This document shows positions 10,717 through 19,796 of a DNA stretch of 64,000 bases, one piece after another; the stretch's first letter is position 1; every line of letters starts with the position of its first letter. The position numbers were made by a program, and so were the translations under genes. The notes below the pieces were generated by a model. It was not told the DNA's origin, searched no databases, and saw nothing but the letters and a program-made list of their open reading frames with translations. This DNA is from an uncultured Actinomycetota bacterium. GTDB lineage: Bacteria > Actinomycetota > Actinomycetes > JAHEKZ01. The stretch is from contig CAWHIJ010000003.1 in the NCBI GenBank assembly GCA_963829525.1, forward strand, positions 2,016,001 to 2,080,000, given 5' to 3'.

Positions 10717-12731
10717 GGATCCATCTCCTGGGCCACGGTGCGCTCGGCTTCTTCAGCCGACGGCTCGCCTCGTCTGGTCGACCCAGCGCCGAATGTCTCC
10801 GGCCGTTCTGCCGCCAGCTGGGACGAACGAAGCTGGTAAGGCACCGAGACCACGACGACGCCCGGAGTGAACCGGAGCCGGGTCTTCAGACGCAGCGCGC
10901 TCTGGTTGTGCAGCAGCGTCTCCCACCAGCGGCCGACGACGTACTCGGGGATGTAGACATCGACGATGTCGCGCGGGCTGTCCTGTCGCTTGGCCTTGAC
11001 ATAGTCGACGACCGGTCGGGTGATCTCACGGTAGGGAGAGTCGAGCACCCGGAGCGGCACAGGGATGTTTCGCTCATCCCACTCGACGAGCAGCGCCTCC
11101 GACTCGATCGGGTCGACGCCTACGGTGACAGCCTCGAGTGTCGCTGGACGCGAAGCCCTCGCGTACGCCAGTGCGCGCAGCGCCGGCTTGTGGAGCTTCG
11201 AAACCAGGACCACGGCGTGGATGCGGGCCGGAAGCAGTTCCGAGGACGCGTCGGCCTTCAGCTCCTCGGCAACATTCGCGTAGTGCCGCCGGATAGCCTT
11301 CATCAGCACGAAGAGCGCCACCATCGCAATCACCGCGAGGTAAGCGCCGCGGGTGAACTTGGTCAGAAGGACGACGATCAGGACCGACCCGGTCAACACG
11401 ACGCCGATGAAGTTGACCACCCTCGAACGGCGCATCTTCGCGCGAACGACCGGGTCGGGCTCGATCTTCAGGAACCTGGTCCAGTGCTTGACCATTCCGA
11501 TCTGGCTCATGGTGAAGGAAACAAAGACCCCGACGATGTAGAGCTGGATCAGTTTCGAGACGTTGGCGTCGAAGACGATGATGAGGAAGATTGCCATTCC
11601 AGCGAGCGCCAGGATCCCATTGCTGAACGCCAGCCGGTCACCTCGGGTGTGCAGCTGCCGAGGCAGGTAGCCGTCACGGGCAAGGATCGATCCGAGAACA
11701 GGGAAACCGTTGAAGGCGGTGTTCGCGGCCAGCACCAAGATGAGCGCCGTCACCACGGTCACGATCACGGCCAGTGCAGGTGCATTGCTGAAGACGGCGT
11801 TCGCGATCTGGGCGATCACCGTCTGCTGCTGATCGCCCTCGGCAAGTCCGAGCAGGTCTTGGTCGCGCTCGGCGACCTTGACCCCGGTTGCCAGGGCGAG
11901 CCAGGTGATCGAGGCGAACATCGTCATCGAGATGACCCCGAGCAGAAGCAGGGTCGTTGCGGCGTTCTTTGACTTCGGTTTCTGGAATGCCGGGACCCCG
12001 TTGCTGATGGCCTCGACGCCGGTCAGCGCCGTGGTTCCCGAGGTGAAGGAGCGAGCCACGAGGTAGACCAACGCCAGTCCGGTGAAGGTGTTTTCGGCAA
12101 CCAAGGTGTAGTCAGCGCTCTCGGCCCGGATCTCGGTGCCTGAGAGCATGCGCACGATGGCCCATCCGACCATCAAGAAGATCGACGCCATGAAGGCGTA
12201 GGTCGGGATAGCAAAAGCGGTTCCCGACTCGCGCACCCCCCGCAGGTTCAGGAAGGCGATCACAGCGATCAGAACGACCGCGAGCAGGACAGTGTGCCTC
12301 TCCAGCCCGTCAGCAGCCGAGACGATGTTGTCGACCGCCGCAGCGATCGAGACCGCCACCGTCATCACGTAGTCGACGAGGAGCGCGCTCGCGACGACCA
12401 CACCGGAGTTTGGCCCTAGGTTGACGCTGACGTTCTCGTAGTCGCCCCCGCCCGAGGGGTAAGCGTGGACGTTCTGCCGGTAGGACGCGACAACGACGAA
12501 GAAGACGATAACCACGCCGGCAGCTACCCACGGCGCATAGTTGTAGTACGCCAGCCCCCCTAGGGAGAGCACGAGCAGGATCTCCTGGGTCGCGTACGCG
12601 TTGGACGAGAGGGCGTCGCTGGCGAAGACCGGTAGCGCGATCCGCTTCGGGAGCAACGTCTCGCTCAACTTTGCGCTCGACTGCGGACGGCCCACAAGGG
12701 CACGTTTGAAGAGCGAGGTCACGGAGGCCAC
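10713..12731 (-). CDS. APC-superfamily transporter, KimA/YdaO-like (probable K+ uptake)
   Basis: FASDALSSNAYA, YPSGGG, LTGVEAISNG, about 12 TM segments plus a cytoplasmic C-terminal domain (SPYRE, LHNQSA). Divergent from the trkA pair. Confidence 0.9.
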   Translation of the reverse strand: MASVTSLFKRALVGRPQSSAKLSETLLPKRIALPVFASDALSSNAYATQEILLVLSLGGLAYYNYAPWVAAGVVIVFFVVVASYRQNVHAYPSGGGDYENVSVNLGPNSGVVVASALLVDYVMTVAVSIAAAVDNIVSAADGLERHTVLLAVVLIAVIAFLNLRGVRESGTAFAIPTYAFMASIFLMVGWAIVRMLSGTEIRAESADYTLVAENTFTGLALVYLVARSFTSGTTALTGVEAISNGVPAFQKPKSKNAATTLLLLGVISMTMFASITWLALATGVKVAERDQDLLGLAEGDQQQTVIAQIANAVFSNAPALAVIVTVVTALILVLAANTAFNGFPVLGSILARDGYLPRQLHTRGDRLAFSNGILALAGMAIFLIIVFDANVSKLIQLYIVGVFVSFTMSQIGMVKHWTRFLKIEPDPVVRAKMRRSRVVNFIGVVLTGSVLIVVLLTKFTRGAYLAVIAMVALFVLMKAIRRHYANVAEELKADASSELLPARIHAVVLVSKLHKPALRALAYARASRPATLEAVTVGVDPIESEALLVEWDERNIPVPLRVLDSPYREITRPVVDYVKAKRQDSPRDIVDVYIPEYVVGRWWETLLHNQSALRLKTRLRFTPGVVVVSVPYQLRSSQLAAERPETFGAGSTRRGEPSAEEAERTVAQEMDP

Positions 12732-12787
12732 GGGCGCCGAGCCTACGCCTTGTCGATCCGTCTACAGAGGACCGCTACCGTGAGCAT

Positions 12788-13450
12788 GTGCATGTGGTGA
12801 TCATGGGTTGCGGTCGAGTCGGCTCGATGCTGGCCATCGAGCTGGATGGAACCGGTCACGAAGTCGTCGTCGTGGACCAGGACCCGGACGCCTTCCGGCG
12901 GCTGGGGACCAACTTCGGCGGCTCCACGGTCACAGGAGTCGGATTCGACTGGGACACCCTTCTGGAGGCTGGCGTCGAAAGAACCGACGCCTTCGTGGCG
13001 GTCAGCAGCGGCGACAACTCCAACATCGTGGCCGCGCGTGTCGCCAGGGAGAACTTCGGCGTTGGCAACGTCGTCGCCCGCATCTACGACCCGAGGCGTG
13101 CCGAGATCTACCAGCGGCTCGGTATCCCCACCGTTGCGACGGTGCGGTGGACCGTTGACCGCGTGCTGCGTCGTCTCCTCCCCGGTGGGGTGCATGAGGA
13201 CTACCGCGACCCCAGCGGAGGGGTGAGCATCGCCGAACTGCCCGTCGCGCCAGCCTGGATCGGCCAGACCTATGCCCGGCTCGAGCAGGAGTGCGGAATC
13301 AAGGTCGGCTACATCACCAGGGTGGGTGAGGGCCAGCTGACGACCGCGAGCAGCGTCGTCCAGGAGGGTGACATCGTGCACGCGATGTTGGCCAGCGCTG
13401 ACGCCGACCGGGCGGCAGCTGCCGTCGCCAAGCCGCCGGAAGGACACTGA
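12788..13450 (+). CDS. trkA: TrkA-family potassium uptake RCK protein (CeoB-like)
   Basis: IMGCGRVG NAD-binding motif, SSGDNSN, ARIYDP. Confidence 0.93.
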   Translation: MHVVIMGCGRVGSMLAIELDGTGHEVVVVDQDPDAFRRLGTNFGGSTVTGVGFDWDTLLEAGVERTDAFVAVSSGDNSNIVAARVARENFGVGNVVARIYDPRRAEIYQRLGIPTVATVRWTVDRVLRRLLPGGVHEDYRDPSGGVSIAELPVAPAWIGQTYARLEQECGIKVGYITRVGEGQLTTASSVVQEGDIVHAMLASADADRAAAAVAKPPEGH

Positions 13451-13454
13451 CCGG

Positions 13455-14120
13455 ATGCGCGTCGCAATCGCTGGAGCCGGCAAGGTCGGACGTTCGATCG
13501 CCGGAGAGCTGCTCGGCCACGGGCACGAGGTGCTTCTGATCGACCCCGAGGTGACGACTTACCGCAGCGACCTCGCGGCTGCCACTTGGCTGCAGGGCGA
13601 CGCCTGTGAGATCTCCTCGCTCGACGAGGCCAACCTGCACACCTGCCAGGTGGCGATCGCGGCCACCGGGGACGACAAGGTGAATCTGGTCATCTCGCTG
13701 CTCGCCAAGACCGAGTATGGCGTCCCCCGCGTCGTGGCTCGCGTCAACCACCCCAAGAACGAATGGCTCTTCAACGAAGGCTGGGGCGTCGACGTCGCAG
13801 TCTCGACCCCTCGGTTGCTCTCGGCCCTGGTCGAGGAGGCCGTCAGCGTCGGCGACGTCGTGCGACTGATGGAGTTCGAACAGGGGGACGCAAACCTCGT
13901 CGAGCTCACCCTTCCGCTGGACTCCCCCGTTGTCGGCTCCCGCGTCGGCGACGTCACGCTGCCTCCCGACACGACGCTGGTCACTATCGTTCGCGACCGC
14001 AAGGTGATCACCCCCAGTCCCGACGACCCGCTTGAGGCCGGTGACGAGCTGCTCTTCGTCACGTCAGCCGAGTCCGAAGACGCTGTCCAGCAGACCTTCA
14101 GTCCGCATCCTCGGCAGTAG
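13455..14120 (+). CDS. trkA: TrkA-family potassium uptake RCK protein (CeoC-like)
   Basis: IAGAGKVG, TGDDKVNL, RVNHPKNEWLF, C-terminal TrkA_C domain. Confidence 0.93.
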   Translation: MRVAIAGAGKVGRSIAGELLGHGHEVLLIDPEVTTYRSDLAAATWLQGDACEISSLDEANLHTCQVAIAATGDDKVNLVISLLAKTEYGVPRVVARVNHPKNEWLFNEGWGVDVAVSTPRLLSALVEEAVSVGDVVRLMEFEQGDANLVELTLPLDSPVVGSRVGDVTLPPDTTLVTIVRDRKVITPSPDDPLEAGDELLFVTSAESEDAVQQTFSPHPRQ

Positions 14121-14799
14121 CTTCGTCGGGCACTTGACCGTCACTCTCGACGTCTTCGGCGGCAGATGCTTGCGGCCGCGGTGGGGGCGCCTTCGTGAGG
14201 ATGAGGTAGCTCATCCAGGCCACCAGGGCGAAGATCGGCCAACCCATCGCGAGCTTGACCCAGCCCAGGGCCACCGTCATGCCCAGCAGGTAGAGCGGGA
14301 GCTGTACGGCAAAGCGAAGGGTGAACATGCCGAACCAGAGCCACGACACCTGTGTGTAGGCACGCCGTCGCTCCGGATGGTCGCGCCAGGTGAACCCTTC
14401 GCCAAGCAGCGGCCCAAGCATCACACCGATCAGTGGCCAACCGACGAGGATGGATACCAGGTAGACCACTGCATAGCCGCCCTGCCAAATCAGGCCAGGG
14501 AGATAGAAGTTTGCGGCGTTCCCGGTGCGCGAGGCGATGAAAGCCGAGAGCGCGACCCCGAACATGCCGCCGAGGGCGTACTTCAGTGAGCCACCCCGGA
14601 CGATCCGGACCACCATCATCACAGCAGCCGTGCCCAGTGCTGCCCACAGGGCAGGCTCGAGCACCTGGCCGTTGACTGTGTAGATGACGATGAAGACACC
14701 GCTGGGAAGGCCGCTCTCTGCAACACCTAGTTTGCCGCCGAGGGCGTCCTTGAGATCGACACCGGCAGTGAGCTCTTTCTCACCGTCCCGATCGGTCAC
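14098..14799 (-). CDS. DUF3159-like membrane protein
   Basis: ALGG..G..ES.LP, FYLPG, WPLIG, LYL...LGW.KL.MGWP pattern and conserved position. GTG overlaps the upstream stop. Confidence 0.85.
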   Translation of the reverse strand: MTDRDGEKELTAGVDLKDALGGKLGVAESGLPSGVFIVIYTVNGQVLEPALWAALGTAAVMMVVRIVRGGSLKYALGGMFGVALSAFIASRTGNAANFYLPGLIWQGGYAVVYLVSILVGWPLIGVMLGPLLGEGFTWRDHPERRRAYTQVSWLWFGMFTLRFAVQLPLYLLGMTVALGWVKLAMGWPIFALVAWMSYLILTKAPPPRPQASAAEDVESDGQVPDEATAEDAD

Positions 14800-15194
14800 G
14801 CTGCGTCCGGAAGCAGCTCGTACGTCGGGTTGTACATGACCAGTGAAGACCCTCGCCGCGTGACCCGACCCGAGGCGATGAGGCCACGACCTGGGGTGAT
14901 TCCCCGGATGGCACGGCGCCCGAGAAAGACCAACGTCAGGGTGTCGCTGCCGTCGTACAGATCCACCTCCAGGGCGGGGACCTGTGCGCGACACCGAAGC
15001 GTGAGGGAGCGGACGGTTCCACCAACCCGCACCCGAACAGCGATCGGCGCATCGGCGATAGACGTTGTGTGGAGAGAATCGAACTTGCTGCGCAGTTCGT
15101 CGGCCTCCAGGGTGCGGGCGCTGGGGGCCAGTCGCTCCGCAAGCCGCTGCCACCAGTTGGTGCTGGAAGCTGGGGAGGAAGTACCGGTGGCCAC
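14796..15194 (-). CDS. OB-fold nucleic-acid-binding protein
   Basis: LYDGS...LVFLGRRAIRGI.PG...YNPTYEL, conserved synteny. Confidence 0.85.
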   Translation of the reverse strand: MATGTSSPASSTNWWQRLAERLAPSARTLEADELRSKFDSLHTTSIADAPIAVRVRVGGTVRSLTLRCRAQVPALEVDLYDGSDTLTLVFLGRRAIRGITPGRGLIASGRVTRRGSSLVMYNPTYELLPDAA

Positions 15195-15230
15195 GACAGG
15201 TAAGGCTACCCGCCAGGCTTCATCACCAGG

Positions 15231-15923
15231 TCATGCCTCTGTGGGGTCGTCGACCCCATCTGCTTCGGAGTCGGACAACTGGTCAGTGGGCAAGGTCAGT
15301 GGCAGGAGGTCACGCGGCGCCGCGGCATGAGCACCTCGCTCGACCTCGACGGCAGCGAATATCTGCTCAACGGCCGCAGCGCTTGCTGAATCTGTCGCCC
15401 CAGGGCCCGTGACGACCCCGCGCAGGAACCACCGCTCACCGTCGATACCGATGAAGCGAACCGGTTGGCGGCTACTCGTGCCTGACTCATCGGTGACCAC
15501 GACCTCAGCGTGCAGCTCACGGCCAAACGTGCCGTCGACCTCGCGCGCCTTCCCTTGTCCACCACGGATGCCTTCGGCGATCTCCTGCCGAACTTCGTCC
15601 CAAAGGTCCTCTGACCTTGGGGCTGCGAAGGCCTGCATCTGCAGCATCGTTTCCTGAAGCACGACGGCAACGCCTACGACCTGCTCCTGGCCATCGAGCT
15701 CTGCACGCACCTGCATACCGTCGACCGCAGGTATCCGTAACGCCCCGAAGTCCAAGACTGGTCCGATGTCGGTCGCGCCCTCGCCGTCGCTCTTGGCCCC
15801 GGCAGTGGCTGCGATTTCTTCATCGTCACCAGGACCGCCGTCGGCGCGGTCAAACTGCTCGCTGATCGCCGCCTGGAACGCCTGCTCCTCCGGTGTTGCC
15901 GACTTCTTACGTAAGAGCGACAT
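15231..15923 (-). CDS. DUF3710-like protein
   Basis: DFGALRIP, QAFAAPRS..LWDEVR, RFIGIDGERWFLRG, APRDLLPL. GGAGG RBS. Confidence 0.87.
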   Translation of the reverse strand: MSLLRKKSATPEEQAFQAAISEQFDRADGGPGDDEEIAATAGAKSDGEGATDIGPVLDFGALRIPAVDGMQVRAELDGQEQVVGVAVVLQETMLQMQAFAAPRSEDLWDEVRQEIAEGIRGGQGKAREVDGTFGRELHAEVVVTDESGTSSRQPVRFIGIDGERWFLRGVVTGPGATDSASAAAVEQIFAAVEVERGAHAAAPRDLLPLTLPTDQLSDSEADGVDDPTEA

Positions 15924-15982
15924 CGAGACTGCCTCCACTCACGGCGCCCGTCACTTCGGCGCCTTTGTTGTCCGTTGGTCGG

Positions 15983-16477
15983 TCATGAGTCGGCCTGATC
16001 TGCGCCGACCTGAGCCGAACGGCCCGTCGATCCGAATCCACCAGCCGCCCGTGCTGACCCTGGCAGGCGCTCCACCTCATGGAACACCACCCGCTCCACA
16101 CGCTGAACGACCAGCTGAGCGATCCGGTCCCCCCGGCGAACGGCAACCGTGCGCTCAGCATCGAGATTGACCAGGGCCACCTTGACCTCACCACGGTAGC
16201 CAGCGTCAACCGTACCTGGCGCATTAGCAACCGTGAGCCCCTCTTTGATCGCCAGACCGCTGCGCGGGTGGATAAAGGCTGCATAGCCATCCGGGAGCGC
16301 AATGGCGAGACCGGTCGGGACCAAGACCCGCTCGGCGGGGGCCACGTCTACGTCGACGGTCGAGAGCAAGTCGAGCCCAGCATCGCCGGGATGCGCATAG
16401 CTCGGAACAGGAAGACCGGCGTCGATCCGAACGACAAGCACATCAACCTCGGCGCGGCGTCCGGGGTGGACGGTCAT
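15983..16477 (-). CDS. dut: dUTP diphosphatase
   Basis: GDAGLDL, PRSGLA, PGTVDAGYRGE, RIAQL, R..GGFGSTG motifs. Confidence 0.97.
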   Translation of the reverse strand: MTVHPGRRAEVDVLVVRIDAGLPVPSYAHPGDAGLDLLSTVDVDVAPAERVLVPTGLAIALPDGYAAFIHPRSGLAIKEGLTVANAPGTVDAGYRGEVKVALVNLDAERTVAVRRGDRIAQLVVQRVERVVFHEVERLPGSARAAGGFGSTGRSAQVGADQADS

Positions 16478-17076
16478 GGGTTCACCTCGAACGCGTGGAG
16501 GACCTCGGTCTCGTCGTGGCTGGCCACGAAGCTGTCGATGTCGGACGCTCTGCCGTGTTCGCGGAAGTGTTCAAGCGGCACCGAGACGAAGACCGACCGT
16601 GCCTGCACAACCAGAGCCCCCTGGCCCAGATCGGGGCCGGCCAGGTGTCCGACGGCTCGTGAATAGATCTTGCGTCCGGCGACCGCGTAGCACTCGGCGT
16701 CCACCAGGAGAGTCGAGCCGACAGGAACCGGCTGTCGGTAGTCCGTCTCCAGGTGAACCGTGACAACCGGAACCCGGAGCAGCCAGGTGACAGCCCCTAG
16801 GGCCTCGTCGAACGCCGCCGCCAGCAGCCCGCCGTGGGCCAGTCCGGGGGCGCCCTGGTGGTGCTCGGTGACCTGAAGCTCGGCGTGAATGGTGCAGCCT
16901 TCTCCTGCCGTGAGGGTCAGATGCAGGCCAGTCGGATGGTCGGGCCCGCAGCCAAAGCACTGTCGGTAGTGGCTGCCCAGTGATGTGCCGGGGGGCGGGG
17001 CGTCAGCATGGCGCACCGGAGGTACGGCGTGGGCCGGCGGTTCGATCGGACGCCGACGGGCGGGCTGCTCGGTCAC
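16474..17076 (-). CDS. PaaI-family thioesterase
   Basis: CFGCG, HQGAPGLAHGG...FDE hot-dog fold motif. Confidence 0.9.
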   Translation of the reverse strand: MTEQPARRRPIEPPAHAVPPVRHADAPPPGTSLGSHYRQCFGCGPDHPTGLHLTLTAGEGCTIHAELQVTEHHQGAPGLAHGGLLAAAFDEALGAVTWLLRVPVVTVHLETDYRQPVPVGSTLLVDAECYAVAGRKIYSRAVGHLAGPDLGQGALVVQARSVFVSVPLEHFREHGRASDIDSFVASHDETEVLHAFEVNP

Positions 17077-17126
17077 GGTCGGACCCTACCCGCGCATGGA
17101 GGATTCGAGAGTGCCACCCTGGAGTC

Positions 17127-17675
17127 GTGCCAACCCCTGACGCGGTCATCTTCCGCGAGCGGCTCACAGCGCCCTGGTGGTTCTGGGCCGTCATCTGCTT
17201 CTGGGCGATGACTTTGGCGATCGCCTACGGCTCGGCCATTGGGACACCGGTCGGCATCGCGGTTGGGGCCGCTGCGTTCGGCCTCGCGTCGCTCGGTGTG
17301 GCTCGCGTGTCAACCGTGGTGACGGTCTCCGAAGCTGGGCTGCGCGTCGGCGATGCCAGACTGCCGTGGGACGCGATCGGTCCGGTCGAGGTGCTCGACG
17401 CGGGCGCAGCTCGACGCCGCCGAGGTACCGGGGCTGATTCGCGCGCCTTTGTGCTGCTACGCGGCTGGGTGCCGACCGCAGTGGTTGTCGCCGTCGTCGA
17501 CCCGCTGGATCCGACTCCTTACTGGTACGTGTCGAGCCGCTCGCCAGAACGGTTGGCGGCCGCGCTCCAAGACGCAGGGCGCAGTGTTGCAGGTGCCCAT
17601 TCGATCAGCGACATGACAGGATCGACGTCAGCACCATCGGCACCGGCAGCACCGTCGGTCGAGGAAGGAACGTAA
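17127..17675 (+). CDS. DUF3093-like membrane protein
   Basis: FRERL..PWW, 2 TM segments, DPTPYWYVSSRSP. Confidence 0.87.
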   Translation: MPTPDAVIFRERLTAPWWFWAVICFWAMTLAIAYGSAIGTPVGIAVGAAAFGLASLGVARVSTVVTVSEAGLRVGDARLPWDAIGPVEVLDAGAARRRRGTGADSRAFVLLRGWVPTAVVVAVVDPLDPTPYWYVSSRSPERLAAALQDAGRSVAGAHSISDMTGSTSAPSAPAAPSVEEGT

Positions 17676-17914
17676 TGGGCACGTCTGAGCAGTCAGCTGG
17701 TCCCCCGCAGGTGGTGGTCACGATTGCTGCCCTCGCGGCCGGCCTGGTCGCGCAGAAGCTGGTGAGCGCTGGTTGGCGTTTCATCCGTGGAACCGATCCG
17801 AAAGACGACGACAGCACTCTGCCGGAGATCTTGGTCTTCGCGGCGGTGAGCGCAGCAACAGTGGCCGTGGCCAAGAACTGGGCAGTCCATCGCGCGAGGC
17901 GGCCCCGCACATAG
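17675..17914 (+). CDS. DUF4235-like small membrane protein
   Basis: W+..G.DP...EIL.FAAVS pattern. Start overlaps the upstream stop (TAATG). Confidence 0.8.
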   Translation: MGTSEQSAGPPQVVVTIAALAAGLVAQKLVSAGWRFIRGTDPKDDDSTLPEILVFAAVSAATVAVAKNWAVHRARRPRT

Positions 17915-17960
17915 TCCGCGGTGAAACGTCGCGACGCGGTGGCGCCCGCCCGCTACGCCG

Positions 17961-18257
17961 TCAGTTGCAGTCCTTGCAGACCGGCTTTCCGCTGACCTTC
18001 TTAGCCAGCTGGCTGCGGTGGTGAACCAAGAAGCAGCGTGAGCAGGTGAACTCGTCCTCCTGTTTGGGGACGACCCGAACCGTCAGTTCTTCACCTGACA
18101 GGTCCGCACCGGGCAGCTCGTGCGACTCCGCCAGCTCGGTCTCGTCGACGTCGACGGTCGAAGAGGCAAGATCAGCCCGACGAGCCTTCAACTCTTCGAG
18201 ACTGTCCTCGGAGAGCTCGTCGTCTGTCTTGCGGGGGGTGTCGTAGTCGGTTGCCAT
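17961..18257 (-). CDS. DUF4193-like protein
   Basis: MATDYDTPRK...ELPGADLSGEEL...EFTCSRCFLVHHRSQLA...CKDC. AAGGAGG RBS. Confidence 0.92.
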   Translation of the reverse strand: MATDYDTPRKTDDELSEDSLEELKARRADLASSTVDVDETELAESHELPGADLSGEELTVRVVPKQEDEFTCSRCFLVHHRSQLAKKVSGKPVCKDCN

Positions 18258-18467
18258 GGGTTCAGGACCCCTCCTTCGCGGATCCGCTACCTCTATCGGT
18301 ACTGGTAGCTGCCGGTGTAACACAACGGGCGAGAGATTTCTGCCCGTTTGACGCACATCGGCAAGGCTCGGGGGCAGATTGTGCCCTAGCCTGCCACTGC
18401 GCGTCGCGTCGGCAGGGACGTCGGCGCGTCGCACAGTGAACTTTCTGTCGACCTGAGGGGAAGAATC

Positions 18468-18986
18468 ATGGCCGTGTACGCCCTGGGCGAACGGATGCCG
18501 ATCATCCACCCGGACGCCTTCGTCCACCCCGATGCCGTGGTCATCGGGGCTGTTGACCTGGGATCGGAAGCCTCCGTCTGGCCCGGTGCAGTCCTACGGG
18601 GCGACTACGGAAGCATCACGGTAGGCGCCAGGACCTCCATCCAGGACGGCGCTGTGATTCATGCCACATCTGATTTCGCCACGGTCATCGGGGCTGGGTG
18701 CGTGATCGGGCACCTGGCCCATTTGGAGGGCTGCATCGTCGAGGACGGCTGCCTGGTGGGATCCGGATCGATCGTGTTGCATCGGGCTACCGTCCGTAGC
18801 GGAGCCCTTGTCGGGGCCGGTGCCGTCGTGTCAGGGGGCACCGAGGTTCCGTCACACGCGATGGCTCTCGGTGTGCCGGCGAAGGTCCGTGAAGATGCTG
18901 TCCACCCGGACGCCTTCGCCGACTCCGTCGCCCTCTACGTCGCCAATGGGCACCGCTACCGCGCCGAGCTGCGTCGCCTCGACTGA
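18468..18986 (+). CDS. gamma-carbonic anhydrase family (hexapeptide repeat) protein
   Basis: AVLRGDY, IQDGAVIH, IGHLAHLEGC. Confidence 0.92.
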   Translation: MAVYALGERMPIIHPDAFVHPDAVVIGAVDLGSEASVWPGAVLRGDYGSITVGARTSIQDGAVIHATSDFATVIGAGCVIGHLAHLEGCIVEDGCLVGSGSIVLHRATVRSGALVGAGAVVSGGTEVPSHAMALGVPAKVREDAVHPDAFADSVALYVANGHRYRAELRRLD

Positions 18987-18995
18987 CCCGACCTG

Positions 18996-19796
18996 CTAGT
19001 CCCAGGCCCCAACCTCGCCGAGCAACCCGTGCAGGGAAGCGGCTAACTTCGGTCCCGCCGCCACTACCGAGCCGTCGTCGCGCTCTGTCACCACGGCGCC
19101 AGCCTCCCGAGCGATCAGCCCGCCTGCAGCTAAGTCCCACGGCTGCAGTCCGTTCTCGAAATAGCCGTCGACTCGACCCGACGCGACCGAGCACAGGTCG
19201 ACCGAAGCAGCACCAGCGCGTCGAATGTCCCGCACCTGACCGAGCAGAAGGCCAACAACGACCCCTTGCCGGACGCGGGTCGCGGCGTCGTAGGCAAAGC
19301 CGGTCGCGATCAGCGCGTGGGGAAGATCAGCGCAATCACTTACAGCGAGTCGGCTGCGGTGACCGTCCTCGTCAGCCCAGGCACCCATTCCCTTGCTGGC
19401 CGAGAAGAGTGTGGCAGTCGTTGGCACCATCACCGCTGCACTCACCACGTCACCGCGCCAGACCGCGGCAATGCTGAGCGCCCACCCCGGAAGGCCGTAA
19501 AGGAAGTTCACCGATCCGTCGATCGGGTCCACCACCCACTCCAGGTCAGCCCCTAAGCCGCCGCTCCTGCCACTCTCCTCTCCCCACCAGGCGGCATCGG
19601 GGTAAGCAGCCAGCAGTCGCTCACGGATCATTTCCTCGGCCTCGTGATCGGCTGCCGTGACGACATCGGTTGGCCCGGACTTGGTATCGGACGCGACCGA
19701 TCGTCGCTCCCGACGCCACTGCAGCAGGTGACTTCCAACCTCACGTGCGGTCGCCGAAGCGAGCGCGGTGAGGGCTTGGGCGTCCGGCTCGGTCAC
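18996..19796 (-). CDS. suhB: inositol monophosphatase family protein
   Basis: DVVTAAD, GEE, WVVDPIDGS.NF, RRAGAASVDL, PWDLAAG. Confidence 0.92.
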   Translation of the reverse strand: MTEPDAQALTALASATAREVGSHLLQWRRERRSVASDTKSGPTDVVTAADHEAEEMIRERLLAAYPDAAWWGEESGRSGGLGADLEWVVDPIDGSVNFLYGLPGWALSIAAVWRGDVVSAAVMVPTTATLFSASKGMGAWADEDGHRSRLAVSDCADLPHALIATGFAYDAATRVRQGVVVGLLLGQVRDIRRAGAASVDLCSVASGRVDGYFENGLQPWDLAAGGLIAREAGAVVTERDDGSVVAAGPKLAASLHGLLGEVGAWD

